From the NCBI GenBank assembly GCA_002811645.1, contig PDIP01000111.1, positions 44,739 to 91,465 on the forward strand: a stretch of DNA of 46,727 nucleotides. Direction: 5' to 3'. This stretch comes from Corallochytrium limacisporum Hawaii. Its lineage: Eukaryota; Protista; Pluriformea. Under the pieces are notes generated by a model. It was given only the letters and a program-made list of their open reading frames with translations, was not told the origin of the DNA and did no database searches. Below, one piece after another: positions 26,445 to 38,001 of the stretch. Numbering within the stretch: position 1 is the stretch's first letter; each line of letters begins with the position of its first letter. The position numbers and the translations under genes are program-made.

Positions 26445-28886
26445 CTACTGTGTGGTCCTGCCGTCTTCGTAGGGATCGACGTACTCATCTGAGCACCAAT
26501 CGTCCGTGAAAGGTACACAACTAATATACCGGCACCATGAGCAAAAATTGGGATTCTGCGTGCTGTAGAAAGCAATGAAGGCAATAGCAAAGACGATAAG
26601 CGCTAATGGAATGGCGATGGCCAGCATGAGCCTCTTCCGACGAGCATCCCATTTGCTGAAGGTCAGGTACGGCAGGAAAATCAAGCCGGTCAAAATGCCC
26701 ATGATCAGACCAAAGACGTGGGCAAAGTTGTCAATCCACGGTAGCAGGCCGATTGCGAGACTGAAGAGCACGAGTAAAAACAGCTTGAAGAACGTGCTCC
26801 ATGGATCCCACAGCATCTGCCATTGCTGGAACAACTCGACAAGGTGCACACCAATGATGCCATAGATGGCCGCACTGGCACCAACGGAAGGCACGTACGG
26901 AATGAATACCGCACTGTAGGCAAACCCACAGACGCTGGACAGCACGTAGATCAGGCCAACGCGCAACCAGCCTGCGGTGCGCTCAATGGGTTCCATGATG
27001 GCCCATTGAATTAGCAAATTGAGACCTAGATGAATGAGACCAGCGTGCAAGAACATCGGGGTGATGAAACGCCACCACTGGTTTGGGTTCTGGGGATCAT
27101 CACTCGAGCCAGCAGTGCCGCAAATATCATCGAGACAATTCACGTCGCGGCAGCTCTCCTGGTCAGAGTGCCACCAACCCCCTGCGAACGAGCAGTCAGA
27201 CTCGTCTGTGGTTACGCAGGTGCCGTAAATGTCAATACAACAAGGCCTGCGACTGATTTCACAGTTTGATGGACACGCACCGCTGCTCCAGACCGCACCA
27301 CAGGCGTCCTCCGTGGCACGGAAGCACGTATTCACCTCCGTACAGCACCCCTCGGGCTCTTCGCGGTTGGCGGCTAGCCAAGCCTGGTAGGCCGTATCTT
27401 TGCGCATGCACAGTGCGTACTTGGCCCCAAATTGGATGAGCGTTTCAGTTGGAGGTCCAATCCAAAAGTTCGGTGCGGTAGTCCTAGTAATGTTGCCCTG
27501 CGTCTCTTGTTTGACTGTAAAGGACGGCGACACAATGCCACCGAAGGCGATCATAACGATCATCATCAGTACTTGAACACAACTGAGCACGATCATGAAA
27601 TACGGCTTGAATTCTGGACGAGTGACGAGCTGTTCCTTGACAAAATTTTCCATGCTCTTGATCTGCATACCACGGTAGAGACGAGATTGTGCGCGTGTAG
27701 TAGGAGCACGGCTTTGGGTATTGCGAGCGCCCCGTTGCCGTCCGGGCGTTTTTACCCCGGCATCGTGTGAAAACCAGTCGACCAAGAGGTACGCACCGTG
27801 AGTGGTGACACGCGTTGAACCCTGAGCACCACCGTACAACAGCTGCGCCCCTTCGATGCTCGGATGCTTCACAGTAGCAGTGTAGACGTAGTCGTTGACC
27901 TTGATGGGTACCAGGAGTTCTGAGTCCTCTTTTGCTATGCTTTGTGTTTCCCAGTCGACATCGTCAACAGTCAAGTTTTTCTCTTTCTTCGATGCACCAC
28001 CCATACCCACTAGAGACATAAGTGAGGCCTTAGAGAAGGTTCGGCTCTTTGCATTATCGCCAATTCTCCTCAGGCTCGCCCGTGACGAAAGTAGACCGCC
28101 TGTGGACCCGAGATTCTGCTGTGATTCAGAGAATAGACGCCGACTATTCAGCATTTGACTATTGCCCATGGGGCCCATGTGTGCAAGACTACGGTTAGAC
28201 CGAGTTGTGAGCGCACCTCGATTGGCCCAGGCCGCAACCTCCTCATCCTCGACCACGCCAAACCATTTGCCGACCTTGCGTCCAATTGTCTCCTTAGAAT
28301 GCGCGTGTTGCATGCCTCGACCACCACTGTCCGGTCGTGAAGGCTTCTCATTCCCCAGTGCAGTAGACCGCATATCTGCATGCCCGTGACCCCCAGTCTC
28401 GCAGATCTCTGTTTCGTCCTCCTCGTAGATCATATCATCTACCGCGGCGGCAGGCTCAGGTGCAGTGGCACGCATCCTGGATAAACCACGTCGGGGACTG
28501 TGCTGAGTACGTGGGGATGGGAATGAGGATGACGGACTGAGCGGTGAGGCACGCCCGACACTGCGTGGGGACGTGACCCCGGAGTGCCAACTCTTTTTGT
28601 CATGACTGTCACTTGCAAGTTCCGAAATAGCTGCCGTACGCCAAGAGTCTAGCACTCGTACAAACTTACGCAAGCCGATAGGGCCCTCCTGACCGTAGAT
28701 CTTCCAGTATTCCTTGGCAGCATTCTTACTCATGGGTACCTCCAGGATTTGCGCACCTTCTTGCACCGCAATTACGAAAGCCGGCTTACCCAGACGGCCC
28801 ACACCGTCAACATCGGCGGCAATGAACACCTGTTTAAGATTCTCCAGCTCGGCGGCTGTGATCCGAAATCCATTCCTGGTTGTCAT
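26445..28886 (-). CDS. RHBDF: iRhom (RHBDF) orthologue with intact GxS...H catalytic dyad and N-terminal EF-hand-like region
   Basis: iRhom hallmarks: cytosolic KWFGV motif, FVKEQL...KPYF, NFWIGP...GAKYALCMR, Cys-rich iRhom homology domain (RPCCI...C...C...CLDDICG), QWWRFITPMFLHAG and GLLPWIDNFAH...LPYLTF. First ATG is at 28886 (aaaccATG); the ORF track start at 28910 is a TTG. Confidence 0.9.
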   Translation of the reverse strand: MTTRNGFRITAAELENLKQVFIAADVDGVGRLGKPAFVIAVQEGAQILEVPMSKNAAKEYWKIYGQEGPIGLRKFVRVLDSWRTAAISELASDSHDKKSWHSGVTSPRSVGRASPLSPSSSFPSPRTQHSPRRGLSRMRATAPEPAAAVDDMIYEEDETEICETGGHGHADMRSTALGNEKPSRPDSGGRGMQHAHSKETIGRKVGKWFGVVEDEEVAAWANRGALTTRSNRSLAHMGPMGNSQMLNSRRLFSESQQNLGSTGGLLSSRASLRRIGDNAKSRTFSKASLMSLVGMGGASKKEKNLTVDDVDWETQSIAKEDSELLVPIKVNDYVYTATVKHPSIEGAQLLYGGAQGSTRVTTHGAYLLVDWFSHDAGVKTPGRQRGARNTQSRAPTTRAQSRLYRGMQIKSMENFVKEQLVTRPEFKPYFMIVLSCVQVLMMIVMIAFGGIVSPSFTVKQETQGNITRTTAPNFWIGPPTETLIQFGAKYALCMRKDTAYQAWLAANREEPEGCCTEVNTCFRATEDACGAVWSSGACPSNCEISRRPCCIDIYGTCVTTDESDCSFAGGWWHSDQESCRDVNCLDDICGTAGSSDDPQNPNQWWRFITPMFLHAGLIHLGLNLLIQWAIMEPIERTAGWLRVGLIYVLSSVCGFAYSAVFIPYVPSVGASAAIYGIIGVHLVELFQQWQMLWDPWSTFFKLFLLVLFSLAIGLLPWIDNFAHVFGLIMGILTGLIFLPYLTFSKWDARRKRLMLAIAIPLALIVFAIAFIAFYSTQNPNFCSWCRYISCVPFTDDWCSDEYVDPYEDGRTTQ

Positions 28887-31067
28887 GGTTTTAAGTGTGC
28901 CTATACTCAAGAATAAATCACAATGTGACTATTTTCACGTTCTTCTGCTAAAGATCGAGTTTTTGGAATCCATCCATTTTTCCATGTGTTCATAACAGAA
29001 ATGTACTAAACCGTGGATCTATTTCTTCTTTAACAATATTGTTTTTGACTCTTCGTGTGTCTTCGCAATTGGTCTCTGCTTGTAGCTTCAACGCTTGGAG
29101 GAGCCTGTCCTTCAGGAAGAGGAGGAACAAGCAGTTGTCAACTGGGTGGTGTCTTAATGCCGTGTACGTGTTTCTTCTCCTTTCATTCATCTTGCACATC
29201 CCACACGGAGAACAAACAACTCGCAGGTCTACTCTTTTATCATTCAGGAAAGAAAACCACCCAATGTCCTACCGACTGGTATGAGATAAGAAGTGACTTT
29301 CCCTGAGCATGGCCTTACCTTTTGCCTTGGGTTTGCTGGGAAAGGGCGAAAATGGCCACAAAGATAACTCAGGCGACCAGTTGAAACCTATCCTGGGGGG
29401 AAAGAGGGGGCCCAGGCCCCAAGGCACCGAATGAAAGGTAGCGAACTACCCGCAACAACCGTTGCTAAAACCCTTGCAGAAAGCGACATGCTCCAGTCAG
29501 ATTGGACAGTTGCCCGCCGTGTTTTCCGTAAGCCAACCCAGCGATTCAAAACATGATTATGAAGGGTGCATTTTGTCGTAACAGAATCACTGCTTCTTGA
29601 TGCTGCCAGTTAAATGTTTTTTTGTTGTTGGTAGGGCCTGGATAGTGATTGACCATACAAGTGGGAAAGACAAGCAGGGCTGGACATCATGTATTTCCTC
29701 TCAGTAGGTCGATGCCATAGTGTGGTGAGAGAGTGTGCAGCTGGTTGTGCTGCACTTCCAACATTCCTGTCAAAAGCTGCTAGACGATGATCTGGTCAAT
29801 CGATCTGTTCGTGTGAAACTGTACGGGATGGTGGTGGTGCTGGTTTAAACTCAAAACAGACCCACAGTCGAGTGGCACGAAAGGGGCCAGAGCAAGCCCA
29901 AAGGAGGGTTTTCGTCAAGCGCGGGGCTCCTTGGCGACGGAGCCCGTGAGAAGGATGGGTGGAGGAGGAAGGGCCGGTGGACTGTGGTGGGCCCGATAGA
30001 AAATGTGCTGAGACGTTTGAGTATAGTTTTTCCTGAACGCAAAAGGGTGCCAGGCTGGAAAAATATACTGCAGAGTCAGCGACTAATTCCTTAGCGGTGT
30101 AGAGGGGGTTTGTCCTCGGTTTGCCCCCCCCCCCCAAGGGAGGACGGGCGGCTTGCAGCCCAAAATTTCCCCTGAGGAGACTACGGGACCTAGCAACCGG
30201 GACAGAGAGTGGTTCATTCACTATAGAGAGGTGGCTGTTCATTGAGAGAACCTTAGCGCGACCACTTTTTCGCGTTCTAATTGGACGGCAACCACAGGCC
30301 CATCGGAGGAATAGTTGATGCCAGCAAGACAGGACAGCCGCAATTGACCCTACAGAAGGAAATTGTCAGTACTGCTCGTGGATCTTGAGAGTGGAACCGT
30401 GTTAATTGGTTACTTGTTTGTTGAGTGTACCTCTACATTCTTTCTCGGTGAGAGGCTGCGTAAACGACCCGTACTATTGCGACGAATATGGGCGACAGCG
30501 CAGATGCTACAGTGTGCTGGGTAGACCTGCTGCTTTTGGGAAGGCGGGTTTTGCGGAGGTTTCCACCATGCTAAGGCAGAGAAACATGTTTTCAATACCA
30601 CTACCCTACCCATGCAGGGAAGACCGATCTAGATGTAACGATGCAATCATCAGAGGACTGGTCTTCGATCCGACTCACCCTGCTTGCATTTAGCGACAAC
30701 CATATGTTTTCTCAATGTCAAACCAAGGACTTAGCCACATGCTTCAACGACTACTACTTGATGTATCAGGTACGGTCCTGGGTTACAATATACCGTCCAC
30801 TTCATGACTAGTTGGTTCAGTATTCAATGACCCCTAACAACATCATTAACTAGACTAGATGCCCAAGGGGTATGATTCAAGCCCCGGATAGGATTCGTCT
30901 AAGGCCTTCCAATAGGATCCACGACACCCATGCAGCAGACAAATCAAATGATCTTGGATATGTTATTTGCTTATTTTTTATTTCTTCTATGCTGTTCTTG
31001 GTGTTTTCTTTTCGATGCATTGACATTTTGGTACATGGTCCTGCGAGGATCGTTTCGCTCAAATCTC

Positions 31068-32375
31068 TCAGACACGATCAAACATGTACAAGAAGTTCGT
31101 GGCAGCCACTGCGATAATGTCCTCCGTTGGATGCCATGAAGTGTGCATAATCTTTTGAGCGAAGTTGATCATGTCAGGGTTGATGGGTTGGTTGAGCACT
31201 TGCCCGTTGCGCATCATAGTCTGACCAGCGACCTGCTGACCCTTGCCAAATTGCTTAGAGGCCTGCAGCACAACCTCAGTCTGGCCCTCAGTGTCGAGCA
31301 GATAAAAGTGATTGTGATAGCTTCCCGTGACAATATGCGAATCATTACCGCTCCATGTGCACTCAAACTTGTCAAAAATACAGTCATTCTCGTACAGATC
31401 GCAAAACTTGTTGCGGAGGTTCTCATGAATACAGAAGGTACGTACCGGTCCATTTTCCATGCGCAAATCCCACAACTTAACATTGAGGTAGTCGCGGGAA
31501 ATGATGTGGTTGCCTCCGTTACTGAAACGAATATCAGAGATGCTGGAAATAATTTCCGAGAAGAAGGACCGCGTCGAGGGGTCCTCTTCTTCCTCCAGGA
31601 CCTTAGCATGCTGATCACACAGAGCAGCCGCTCGCATGTCACACAGCTTCATGGTACCCTTGGAACTGGAGTAGGCAAAGACGTTGCAATGTGATGGATG
31701 GAATTCAGCTGCGGTAATGACCTCCTGTAGCTCCTCCATGTTAACTGGCTTAATGTCCACAATGTTGAACGACTGGTCCGTTTTGTCCAAGTGCCAAAGG
31801 TTGATGCGTAAATCATCAGCGGAAAGGAACAGCTCTTGGTCCGAATTGATGCTGATACTGTTGACGTGGTAGGCATGTGCATTGGCGTAGACTTTCTTTT
31901 GCTGGGCAGCGACTACTGTTTCCGTCTTGCGCACCCGAGGCAGGCGGAGTTGTTCGCGACTGGTGATGCTGGACGGATCAATGGGCAAGTCCGGGTCGGG
32001 CACTAACTCAACCATGGGCCGCTCAAAAATCTTCCACAGTTTGATTGTTTTGTCGTTTGTGCTTAGCAAAGAGCGGCTATGCGTCTTGCTATGCTGGAGC
32101 CACCTAATCTTGTTGATCTTCTCCTCAATCTCCAGCGACTTCAGGTAATCAAACTCACACTCATGGCTTTGAAACTCTGTGTAAAATTTGTACTCGTGAC
32201 TGGAGGGACAGCGTTCGAAGATGACGATGCGTCCACCCTTGTCGCCCGTTGCTAAAAACTGTCCATCATTGTTGAACTCTACGCAAGATATGATATCTGC
32301 CTCTGTGATCTCTTCAGGAATGCCCCGATCGCCAAAAACTTGGCTAAAACGCCATCCGTCCGCATCGTCTGCCAT
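31068..32375 (-). CDS. PPP2R2: Protein phosphatase 2A regulatory subunit B55/PR55 (CDC55)
   Basis: [66 protein letters not shown]: near-invariant B55 motifs. Confidence 0.97.
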   Translation of the reverse strand: MADDADGWRFSQVFGDRGIPEEITEADIISCVEFNNDGQFLATGDKGGRIVIFERCPSSHEYKFYTEFQSHECEFDYLKSLEIEEKINKIRWLQHSKTHSRSLLSTNDKTIKLWKIFERPMVELVPDPDLPIDPSSITSREQLRLPRVRKTETVVAAQQKKVYANAHAYHVNSISINSDQELFLSADDLRINLWHLDKTDQSFNIVDIKPVNMEELQEVITAAEFHPSHCNVFAYSSSKGTMKLCDMRAAALCDQHAKVLEEEEDPSTRSFFSEIISSISDIRFSNGGNHIISRDYLNVKLWDLRMENGPVRTFCIHENLRNKFCDLYENDCIFDKFECTWSGNDSHIVTGSYHNHFYLLDTEGQTEVVLQASKQFGKGQQVAGQTMMRNGQVLNQPINPDMINFAQKIMHTSWHPTEDIIAVAATNFLYMFDRV

Positions 32376-34572
32376 TGGTGATGGTGGTGATGGTTGTTCT
32401 TCCTCTTCTTCCTGCGGCGGCGGCGTCTTTGACTGTTCTTTGGCTGCACTCTTATCTCTTCTCTTCGTGAACCGAATGGTTGCCGGTGTGTATATGGATC
32501 GTTCCGCGGATAATATCCCACGGAACTAACTTACTAATAACAAACTTACCCCCTGATTTAAAAAATCACAATTTCTAATGGAGCACACGCTGGAGAAGTC
32601 AGTAACACGTCCAGACAACTCGAATGAAGCCCCCTTAACCACAACAAATACAGCTTGTTTGTTCCCGTCGAACATGACTGAATATAAATACTGATTCACA
32701 TACCGCAAGGCACATGTCACTTCAAACGTACCTTCACATGTGCAGCAAACTAGAGGCTCAAAGCCCAGACCAACCAGAAATTCCTTTGGGCCGGCAAAAA
32801 AACAGAGGCAAACAGGAATCTCAAGGTTATCAAGCCATTATCCTTTATCATCATTTGCAACGAAAGGCAGCACGATGGCATCAGGAGCTGCTCCGTTGAG
32901 GGAGGAAAACGGAAGAACCTACGTTACTACCGACCATAAAACTCCGAAATTATCCATAGCCCCAGTGTCGGAATACACCGATTCGAGGACGAAACGCAAC
33001 CGAAGCCCCCAGCTCTCTCGCTCTTTCGGTTTCTTCCCCAAATTCTGCGGCCCGCCTCGCCGAAGGGACCCCTCCGCCCCGCCCCGGGGGTGGGGGGGTG
33101 GATATGAGGTCCTCTCCACCGAACACTGGCCCAGATCCTTCCCTCTTGCTGGGTTTGATCTTCCCTCCGAAACAGAAGAATCAGCAGACGGAAAAAAAGA
33201 GAAAACAAAAAAAAACACAAGGAAAACGCAGGGGGCCCCTTTTCCAAAGGCCAGAGACCGCCCGGCCCCCCTCCCGGACGGAACGGGGGCCCTAGTTGGT
33301 TGTGTAGTGCGGTGTGGACAGGTGTTGATTGTGTGTGTGTGTGTGATTGTATGGTGTACGGTGGTCCGTGCGCGTTGCGTTTGGACGTCGAACGAACGGC
33401 GGCACGGTAGACTCCCGGGGCCGTGGAGGGGGAGCCTTGCCCGATTCGGTGGTGGTACTGAATGTAGCGTATGACCCGGTGCCCGAGCTCGAGCCATCAG
33501 CACCCGCTTTCTGTCAATTGCGTCAACGGGGCCCGGGGGAGTACATTCAGTACCAGAGTTCTCCACCATTAATTGTTGTTGTTTTCTCTTTTTTTGGGTC
33601 GTGCTTTACCCCGGTTGGTTCCGTGGGGGTCCCCCCTCCACCCGGTGCGCCGACTTTCGGGCCTGGTTTCATTGTTGCGTTTTCCCGTTGATTAATCAAA
33701 GGGGAGCACAAGGACATAGGACGGGTGCCCTGGGCTTCCAGTTCCTTGGCTCCAGGCTTGGGCTTCGCTGGGACCCTGTGTGTCTCCATTGTCTCTGCAC
33801 GGCTGGGATTTTCTCCGGACCATGGTCTTGGCTGGTTCTCCCTGCCTACAATACGTACCGGTAAATTAACGGGGCAGCTGGGCAGGTTCTAGTTTCCAAG
33901 CCTGCCCCTGCCACACACAGTTGGGGAGCACCTAGTGAAAGTACTGCAAGTTTCCCCGCCTTACCTCTCTCGGAAGGAAGGGGAATTAGGGGTGAGGGAT
34001 TTTGAATATACGGGAAGCGACAGCAGTTCACGACCAGGGGGAGGTGAATTTTTTTTTGGGCGCGAGCTGCCTGCCCTAGGGGGACCCCGCTCCCTTTTTC
34101 CTTTTTCTCCTCTCTCTGCCGTTTCTTATGCGAGAGAGTGAGACTCGGAGGCAGCAAAGGCCACTGGGCCCCCCCTCCGCACCAGCAGCCACACACACAC
34201 ACACACGCAGTTTTTCTTGGGCGGGACACCCGGTCCCGACAAAGTGACACACACGGCAACGGGCTGTAGTACGGGTGCCAAGGTTGGCTGCGGCGAACGA
34301 TACTCAGACGGTGATTCAGGACACGGGTTCTATGAGAGAACCAGACTGGCAGCCAGAGGATAGCTCAGGATTAGGAGCCTCTCTGGGACCTCCGCATTGA
34401 ATGGATGTGTTTTTGGATGGTGTACTAGAGAATCTGTTGTGGTATGTAAAGGATGAAGTTCATGGCAGGGGAAACCGGGAGTGCTCAAAGGCAAGACACA
34501 GACTAGTTGGTTCAAGTGGGACTCCACACAGAGACATAGTTCGATTTCCTGGATCAAAGCCTTTCACTACCG

Positions 34573-37500
34573 ATGGTGGAGAAAGTCGGTGACGATGACG
34601 GGCCGGCCAGTCATGTAGATGCTACACAGGAGACCAAGAAGCACCGCCCTACACGAGCTGAAAAGAAGAAGAAGAAGAAGAAGAATAAGAGTGATCCGGA
34701 TCAGACGGTCCCCAATGACTCCGTGCAGGAAGCGTCGGCGACTGACGGAAAGCGGAGGTCTAAGTCCGGAGAAAACCGCTCTAAATCAGGAAGGAAAGCT
34801 GAGAAGGGCAATGCACCGCCAGATCAGCCCATGCAGACGCAGGTTGACCAATCCACGGCGGAAGTAGACCACAGCAGGAAGCAGAAGAAAGAGCAGCGGA
34901 GGAAAGAGAAGAAGGCCAAGGCCAAGTCAGGTCAGGTTGCCACCAGCCAGGCAGACCAGAACGGACAGAATTTACAACCCAAAGACTCCCCCCCAAACGA
35001 TGAGGATCTGACACCAGAACAGAGGGCCGCCAAGGAAGCGCGCCGTGAGCAGCGCCGGCAGAAGAGGAAGGAGAAGCGTGAGAAAGACAAGGAGGAGCGT
35101 CGGAAGAAGAGGGAAGAAGAAGCAGCAGTAGAATCATCATCACTATCAGGAATGAATGTGCAGGGTACCTCAGCAAACAAAGAAGGTAAACGAGGCCGCC
35201 GCAGGAACAGAGGAAGGAGCGATCAGGCAGTCCCGGACAAGTATGCAGATCCCCACAAGAAAAACAATCAGAGAGGTGGTGAGAAGCACTTCCGCGGGTT
35301 TACAGAGTATTGGTCCCTGGTTGATGTCGAAAAGGCATTGAATCGCAATGATAAGCGCGTCGTACGTGGCAAAATGATCATTAATGCCCGAAACACTTTG
35401 GTCGCATATGTAAAGTCTCCTGCGTTCGAGAGGGATGTATGCGTGGAAGGACATCGGTCGCGTAATCGTGCGTTGCCTAACGATGAAGTTGCTGTGGAAA
35501 TTTTCCCAAAGCGACGCTGGCGCCTCAAACTCAAGGAATATCTCATACGAGAAGGCATTACACCAAAAGAATTTGATCGGAGAATGCAAGGTGGACTAGC
35601 AGGCACCGGCACTGCAGAGGACTTGGCAGAAGAGCTAAATGAGCTTGACCTGGACCTTGGCAGCAATGCCACTGACAGTGAAGACGATGCAGACGAAGAT
35701 CGCATTGCCGACGTAGATGAAGAAGAGGAAGATTCGGACTTGTCTCCTGGTGTCAAAGGGCAATTCTCATTGAATGACTACGACTTCGGCAAGTATGGTG
35801 GAGGTGATGGCAACAACCAGAAGCTCTTGAGTCGCCTTGGGGTCAAACTCAAAGATTTTCCAGAGGATCTCATGCAGCCCTGTGGACAGATAGTCTACGT
35901 GTTCAAGAGACTCAAGAATCCGGAATTCGTGGCACAGTTGAATCGCAAGAAGGGTCAAGAAATGGCCATTGCCAAGGGATTCTTTGAGTTCAAACCACTC
36001 GATGACCGCATGCCCATGGTAAAATGCGCATTCGCAGAGTGTCCACAGGGCTTTCAAGATAACTACAGGGAACACATGAATTCTCTGTATGCGATTTCTA
36101 TAATTGACTGGCCAAGGGACAGCCACGATGCCGTTGGTAAAGTGAACTTAATGATTGGTCTGCGGGGTACAATCGAGGCTGAAAATTTGGCCACTCGAGT
36201 GACCCATGATCTGAGCTCAGATGACTTTAGCGACGATGTTAATGCCGACCTTCCTGTCCTGCCGTGGAGCATTCCTGAAGAGGAAATTAAGAAGCGCTGG
36301 GACCTGCGTAAGGAGTGCATCTTTACCATCGATCCTGCAACTGCCCGTGATCTGGATGACGCTGTGAGCATAAAGGAGTTGCCTGGCCCGGACGGTACTT
36401 ATGAGGTTGGTGTGCATATTGCGGACGTCTCCTACTTCGTTTCAGAGCACACAGCTCTGGACCAGGAAGCTAGAAATCGGGCCACTTCTGTATACTTCCC
36501 GGACCGTGTGATTCCCATGTTGCCACGACCCCTTTGTGAAGAACTGTGTTCGCTGAACCCGGAGGTAGATCGCTTGGCATTTTCCGTTAAATGGGTTATG
36601 GACGCAGAGGGAAACATCAGAGACACCAAATTCAACCGCAGTGTGATTTGTAGTTGCATGAAAATGAGCTATGAAGTGGCGCAAGAGGTAATAGAGCGCG
36701 GTCGTGACGCTGATTGGTCGGACCGTGACTACACTCCGCATGGCGGTCACACCTGGTCCACTGTGTCCAAGAACATCCTTATTCTTGACAAGATGGCCAA
36801 GGCGATGAGACATCGTCGCTTTGAAAACGGCGCGCTGCGGCTGGACCGCACGCGCCTCAACTTTACTCTCGATCCGGTCACTAAGATTCCCATTGGATAC
36901 TGGGCCCACGTGCAGAAGGATGCCAACAAGCTAATCGAAGAGTTTATGCTGCAAGCCAACATGAGCGTTGCGGAGGCAATCTACCACAAGTTTCCGCACC
37001 ACGCCATGCTCCGTCGGCATCCCGAGCCTGATCCTCAGAAACTTCATGACGTCAAGGTCATTTGTGCAAAGCATGGTATTGAACTAGACGTGACCAGTGC
37101 ACAAAACCTGGAGCTCTCTCTTCGTGCTCTCCGTACTGGTGCTCACCCTGAACTGGCCGCCGCGGTGAACTCCATGCTCATTGGTCCCATGGAACCCGCC
37201 CTGTACTTTATTACGGACTTTGTGAAGGAAGATGATTTCAGGCATTATGCATTGAACGTTCCCTTCTATACTCATTTCACCTCACCGATCCGCCGTTATC
37301 CCGATATTGTGGTCCACCGTGAACTGCTCTGCCTAATCGAGGAGCGAAACATGAAGACTCCCCCGGATCTGCTACAGGAATGGGCTAGCCACTGCAACAA
37401 CCGCAAACTCAGCTCAAAACGTGCTCAGGAAGACAGTGAAAATTTCTTCCTCTTCCTCTTCCTGCAGCACACTGGTCCGGCTGAGTTCGATGCCGTTGTC

Positions 37501-37794
37501 ATCAACATCTTCAAACCCAGCTTCCGCCTGGCGGTGTTGGGCACGAGTGTGGAAGAGCGCGTCGAGTACCAGCAGACCGGACTTAAGAACTGGGAACCCA
37601 AGCCCGACCGCCACTTTGTGGCCACGTTTAAAGACGGCAGTAAACTGTTTGTTAAGCTCTTCCAGAAGATTCGCGTCCGCATGAGCGCCGTCAAGGATAA
37701 GAAGCTTACCGTCAAGTTTGAACTTCTGAATGTGCAGTACGACGCCTCTGAGGACACCACTGGGGAGGCTAGTGTGCCATCTGGATCCGTATAG
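34573..37794 (+). CDS. DIS3L2: DIS3-like exonuclease 2 (RNase II/RNB family)
   Basis: No PIN domain. CSD motif RNRALPNDEVAVE, RNB active site FTIDPATARDLDDA (DIS3L2-type), HYALNVPFYTHFTSPIRRYPD and HCNNRK. Confidence 0.93.
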   Translation: MVEKVGDDDGPASHVDATQETKKHRPTRAEKKKKKKKNKSDPDQTVPNDSVQEASATDGKRRSKSGENRSKSGRKAEKGNAPPDQPMQTQVDQSTAEVDHSRKQKKEQRRKEKKAKAKSGQVATSQADQNGQNLQPKDSPPNDEDLTPEQRAAKEARREQRRQKRKEKREKDKEERRKKREEEAAVESSSLSGMNVQGTSANKEGKRGRRRNRGRSDQAVPDKYADPHKKNNQRGGEKHFRGFTEYWSLVDVEKALNRNDKRVVRGKMIINARNTLVAYVKSPAFERDVCVEGHRSRNRALPNDEVAVEIFPKRRWRLKLKEYLIREGITPKEFDRRMQGGLAGTGTAEDLAEELNELDLDLGSNATDSEDDADEDRIADVDEEEEDSDLSPGVKGQFSLNDYDFGKYGGGDGNNQKLLSRLGVKLKDFPEDLMQPCGQIVYVFKRLKNPEFVAQLNRKKGQEMAIAKGFFEFKPLDDRMPMVKCAFAECPQGFQDNYREHMNSLYAISIIDWPRDSHDAVGKVNLMIGLRGTIEAENLATRVTHDLSSDDFSDDVNADLPVLPWSIPEEEIKKRWDLRKECIFTIDPATARDLDDAVSIKELPGPDGTYEVGVHIADVSYFVSEHTALDQEARNRATSVYFPDRVIPMLPRPLCEELCSLNPEVDRLAFSVKWVMDAEGNIRDTKFNRSVICSCMKMSYEVAQEVIERGRDADWSDRDYTPHGGHTWSTVSKNILILDKMAKAMRHRRFENGALRLDRTRLNFTLDPVTKIPIGYWAHVQKDANKLIEEFMLQANMSVAEAIYHKFPHHAMLRRHPEPDPQKLHDVKVICAKHGIELDVTSAQNLELSLRALRTGAHPELAAAVNSMLIGPMEPALYFITDFVKEDDFRHYALNVPFYTHFTSPIRRYPDIVVHRELLCLIEERNMKTPPDLLQEWASHCNNRKLSSKRAQEDSENFFLFLFLQHTGPAEFDAVVINIFKPSFRLAVLGTSVEERVEYQQTGLKNWEPKPDRHFVATFKDGSKLFVKLFQKIRVRMSAVKDKKLTVKFELLNVQYDASEDTTGEASVPSGSV

Positions 37795-38001
37795 ATACGG
37801 CCATGATCCATGTTTTGACTTTTTGCCGAACAAATAAAAGGACAAGGGAACTTCGTACAACAAATCGAAATTGAGTGCACAGGAAAGTAATGCCTGGCGA
37901 CCCTTCAGTAGGGAACAGCTGACTCGCTCCAACGCATCCACTTTGTACAGACCAACCGACCCGCATACCCTCGAGAGGGGTGGGGTCGGCGAGTACCCTC
38001 C

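Noticed and set aside
32740-34259. ORFs of 100-244 aa in the B55/DIS3L2 divergent region
   Set aside because: They run through GC-rich, poly-A and (TG)n tracts and show no family motifs.
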